A stretch of 64,000 bases of DNA. Source: Thalia democratica. Its lineage: Eukaryota. Under the pieces are notes generated by a model that was not told the origin of the DNA, did not search any database, and saw nothing but the letters and a program-made list of their open reading frames with translations. Made by a program: the position numbers and the translations under genes. The DNA lies in the NCBI GenBank assembly GCA_965202585.1, contig OZ241826.1, forward strand, positions 85,808,001 to 85,872,000. Direction: 5' to 3'. Shown here in pieces: positions 60,507-64,000 of the stretch. Each line of letters begins with the position of its first letter. The first letter of the stretch is position 1.

Positions 60507-63500
60507 TATAATCAAATCGATTTGAATTTTTCGGAAATATGTATGAGAAATTGTATTTTTTCTCCATCATATCTATTTTCATAAAATGAGTTCATGTTAT
60601 TTTTATAGGTTTTAATTTAGCAAATAAAATAAACCTCGCTAAGAACATAAAAAATGATATCATGCCTAAACTAAAGACAAGCTTAAAGAGAGTTTTAAAA
60701 GCTTTAGTACTTTTTATTTTTATTAAATGGTAAATAAGTTTTGGTTGTTTTTTCAGTAAATTATACTTGTTTAGTTTCTTAGTAGTAAAGGTTTTTGTTA
60801 ATTATAATAACCTTAAATTGTTATAAAATTAAAAATATTTTAAGTTATTTAATTAAAAAAAACCATTTTAATTTCCAAGGAAACCAAAGTAACAAAACAT
60901 TTGTACAGTTTTGATGAATGGTTGAATGGTAAAAATTCACTTTTTTGTTTAACTGGTTTTTAAGCATTTAGCACTAAATAGTGTGCTTAAAACGGTAAAA
61001 ATACTGTATACTCGTTTTTTACACGAATGTGATAGTTTTTACCTTACACTAAAGCTTTTAAACTATATAACAATATAAAACGAAATATAAAAACTACATA
61101 ATTTCTATTAAATTAAGTTAACTAATAATGAATACGTATTTATACCTTGTAAATATATTAAGTACTATGAGCAAAAATAGATATATTATAGAAATTAATG
61201 AGTAGTTTCAAGTACTTTACTAAAACAAATGAAAACTTGCCAAACACAGAACTGTTGTTTACTAAAATTTCATTTAAATATGATAATTGAAATACAGTTA
61301 TTTAAAGTTTCAATGATTTCCAAAATTTCTAAGGTTCAAGTTTTAAGTAAAAAACCTCTTCAAGCTACAATTAACTGAGTCAAAAAATCTTTTAAATGTT
61401 AAATCCGGAGGTTTATATGAGGGAAATTTTCTGAAAAAAACTCAAAAGGTCGTTCCCATATAATCCACCCTTTTAAGTGGTTTCGAGGAAAAACATCAAG
61501 TTGTAAACAAAATTGTCTTTAAAACATCTTATTTTAAAACTTTTCTTCATTTTAAGTAATGAGAAGATGTTTATATATTGCTTTTTTAGCAAGAATGCTT
61601 AAAAGTTAGCAAAGTCAATAAAATGAAAGGTAATGTACTGATTTTGAAACGAAAATAACACTTGAACACTATACATGTTACTTGTAAACTAGTTGATTCA
61701 TTAAACATATTAATCTTTTTTTATCTATGGCATACGTTCTGAAAAAGAAATATTATACTATTTTAGACTTATTTAGTATGGTAGTCATATAACTGTTAAA
61801 TTTTTTTTGTTTAAAAATAATTTGTTTTATTGTAAAAATTCAAAAATATTCTCTAATGACGCTAATAAAAATATCGTGACGTATTTTTTAGAAACTTTTA
61901 TTCACAATTTAAATAGAATTTTTGAAAATTCCATAATTGAACAACTGTATTTATACAAAATAACAAATTTTTTGCATTTTTTTAATATGATTAATTTTTT
62001 TATAGACTATTTACTGATATACTTTATCATTGAATACTTATTAATGAAAGAACAACTACTGTTGTGAATAAAGTATATTTTGAATAAATTGCTTCTGGCA
62101 TTTGCATACGCTTCACAAATAAGAACCTTTACTTCTTCAAAGCAATAGTTTAAAAACAATTTACGTTAAATCAGATGACCAATATTAAACTTTTTATTTT
62201 ATAAGCATAACGTTATTAAAAGTCTTTAAGTTTTTTATTAAAACTAACGAAATTTTGCTGATAAGACTAAAATTTACAATAAAATTAGTTTTAAGTACAA
62301 GTTTGAAATAATCAAATAGCTATAGATTATATAAAAAGCTATTATAATTAATATTTAAAACATACTAAGTTAAAGTACAAAATATATGATATATTTTAAA
62401 AATTTTACAAAAGAAAAATAAAGGGAGCAATGATATGTTACCTATTTAAACAAAGCATACTTAAGTTTTTATTAAGAAGTTAACTATTAAGAATGATCTC
62501 AAATATTTCTGTAAAGTGATCTATCAGAATAATAAAAATATGTATGAAGTGTATTAACGCACCTAAGAAATAGTAATCATAACAATTAATTACATTTGGT
62601 ATCCTTGATTTATATGTAGCAATGAAAACATAAAAACACTACTTGCAAAAGTAAATGAAGTAGCTTATATTTTCCTAAAATTTAGATGTATAAAATCAAC
62701 CATTTAAAGAAACATTGTACAATAACAATTGATGTTTGTTTACAAGACATAACAAATCATACATGCTACAAAACAAAATGATAATAAAAAACCTGAATTC
62801 CACTTGTATTACTACCTTACGGGTAAAATCACTTGCCCTTTTAAAAATGTCAAAATGATTGATTTCAGTTAGTTATTCTTATGAAATACATTTCACAGCA
62901 AAGACACTTTCTAAGTCAGAAAACAAACATTTGTTTAATGTTTAGTATTTTTCTTAACATGTCTACAAATATATTATAAAATTATTCTTTCAGTTCCTGC
63001 ACTACTTAGAATCTGTTTCATATTTAGGTGATAAAGTATTATGATGACGAAAAATTATGTTTCTAATAAAAACTTCGTTTTTACTTTAAATTCCGTGTTT
63101 CGGAACAGTTTTTAAATTGTTGAACTACAAAAATAAAACTAAATGAAAAAAAAAATACAACTATCTTTTATCAAATAAGTTAGTTTAGCATATTTCTAGT
63201 CTCATTTAAAACTTTAATAAAAACATTTTTAAAACAACTATAAGACTTTTATCTTGTTTGTTAACTTATGTAAAATATTAATAATTTTTTTATGCAAATT
63301 AATATATGCTTCTTTTTTAAACTTTGTTAAAAATAATCAATATGTTGTGCTTCTCAACGTTTTTATTACTATTAAATATGTATTTATCTTATATTTTATA
63401 TAGTTTTTTATATTGCATGAGAATATATAACTAAATTAAGACTAAACTTTTAGTTTTAACTTTTTCGATAATTTTAATCTTTAAAAAGTGCTTTTATGTG

Positions 63501-64000
63501 AGAAGTACTGTTAAGAATTTCTCAATAGCATGTAAGTATAACTACACGTGCTTTGATTTGAAGTGTTGACTATTTGGTTACAACTTGAAACACAGAGATA
63601 GTTATAACAAATATACTATTATCAACCACTTTGTTTATCCTTTTGGTTATTTTAGTTATATCAAGCAGCTGTTGATGTAACTGCTAAATTTGACTTTAAT
63701 AAATTGTATTGAGGTTCAACTAATGTTTTTCTATTATTAACAGCAGTTGAAAAAAAAATATAAAACTTGACTTTATATAAACGACACATTAGTAAACTTT
63801 TGAGTTAAGTATAACTAATTTAAACAATGTTTATTTGATTTTCTTGATTTAAAAAAATGTAAACTTTATGTTATAGTTTGCTTCAGTTTAATACGAAAAT
63901 AATTCATTATTATGCGATTACAACTATTTTTCTAAAAATTCACATGCATAGAGTATTTTGGTTACAAACATACAAAGTTATTTTATATCACATTACTAAT

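Noticed and set aside
61807-62067. Track ORF 61807+
   Set aside because: Low-complexity AT-driven translation with no family similarity.
1-64000. rRNA, tRNA, CRISPR arrays, autonomous transposons
   Set aside because: No such structures, regular repeat-spacer arrays or transposase/RT frames were seen on either strand by eye; tRNAscan, Infernal and RepeatMasker would be the formal test.

Overview
AT-rich animal genomic DNA (roughly 20-25% GC by eye; a hydrozoan such as Hydra is a guess, not verified) with GT-AG introns. I saw no prokaryotic features, RNA genes or CRISPR arrays. The window is almost entirely a cluster of one unnamed family of two-finger C2H2 zinc-finger transcription factors. 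The ORF track shows only fragments of each gene. Comparing paralogues and checking splice phases gives a five-coding-exon model: exon 1 MPRxKQD..., exon 2 S/T-rich, exon 3 of 88 nt, exon 4 N/Q-rich plus the first half of finger 1, and exon 5 with the rest of finger 1, finger 2 and the tail. There are three complete genes (ZF-B 11486-16437 minus, 653 aa; ZF-C 23423-30782 minus, 605 aa; ZF-D 43639-48195 plus, 662 aa). There is also one gene running off the left edge (ZF-A), one exon-1-only remnant (psi1, about 6.5-8.7 kb) and one disrupted copy (psi2, 53.1-58.4 kb) that still keeps an intact 124-aa fingers-only spliced ORF. An old inverted duplication pairs about 6.5-19.5 kb with about 40.9-55.3 kb. 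The most interesting pattern is that the intact copies share the same DNA-contacting residues but differ in a C-terminal Groucho/TLE-type tetrapeptide (FRPY, FRPY, FCPY, absent), which suggests a repressor/competitor set. Other signals are gene conversion of the finger-coding DNA, CRE palindromes inside coding exons, a conserved splice acceptor 23-26 nt before every start codon, and several conserved non-coding elements. Two MITEs (hAT-like and TTAA/Kolobok-like) and a perfect 37-bp hairpin are also present.
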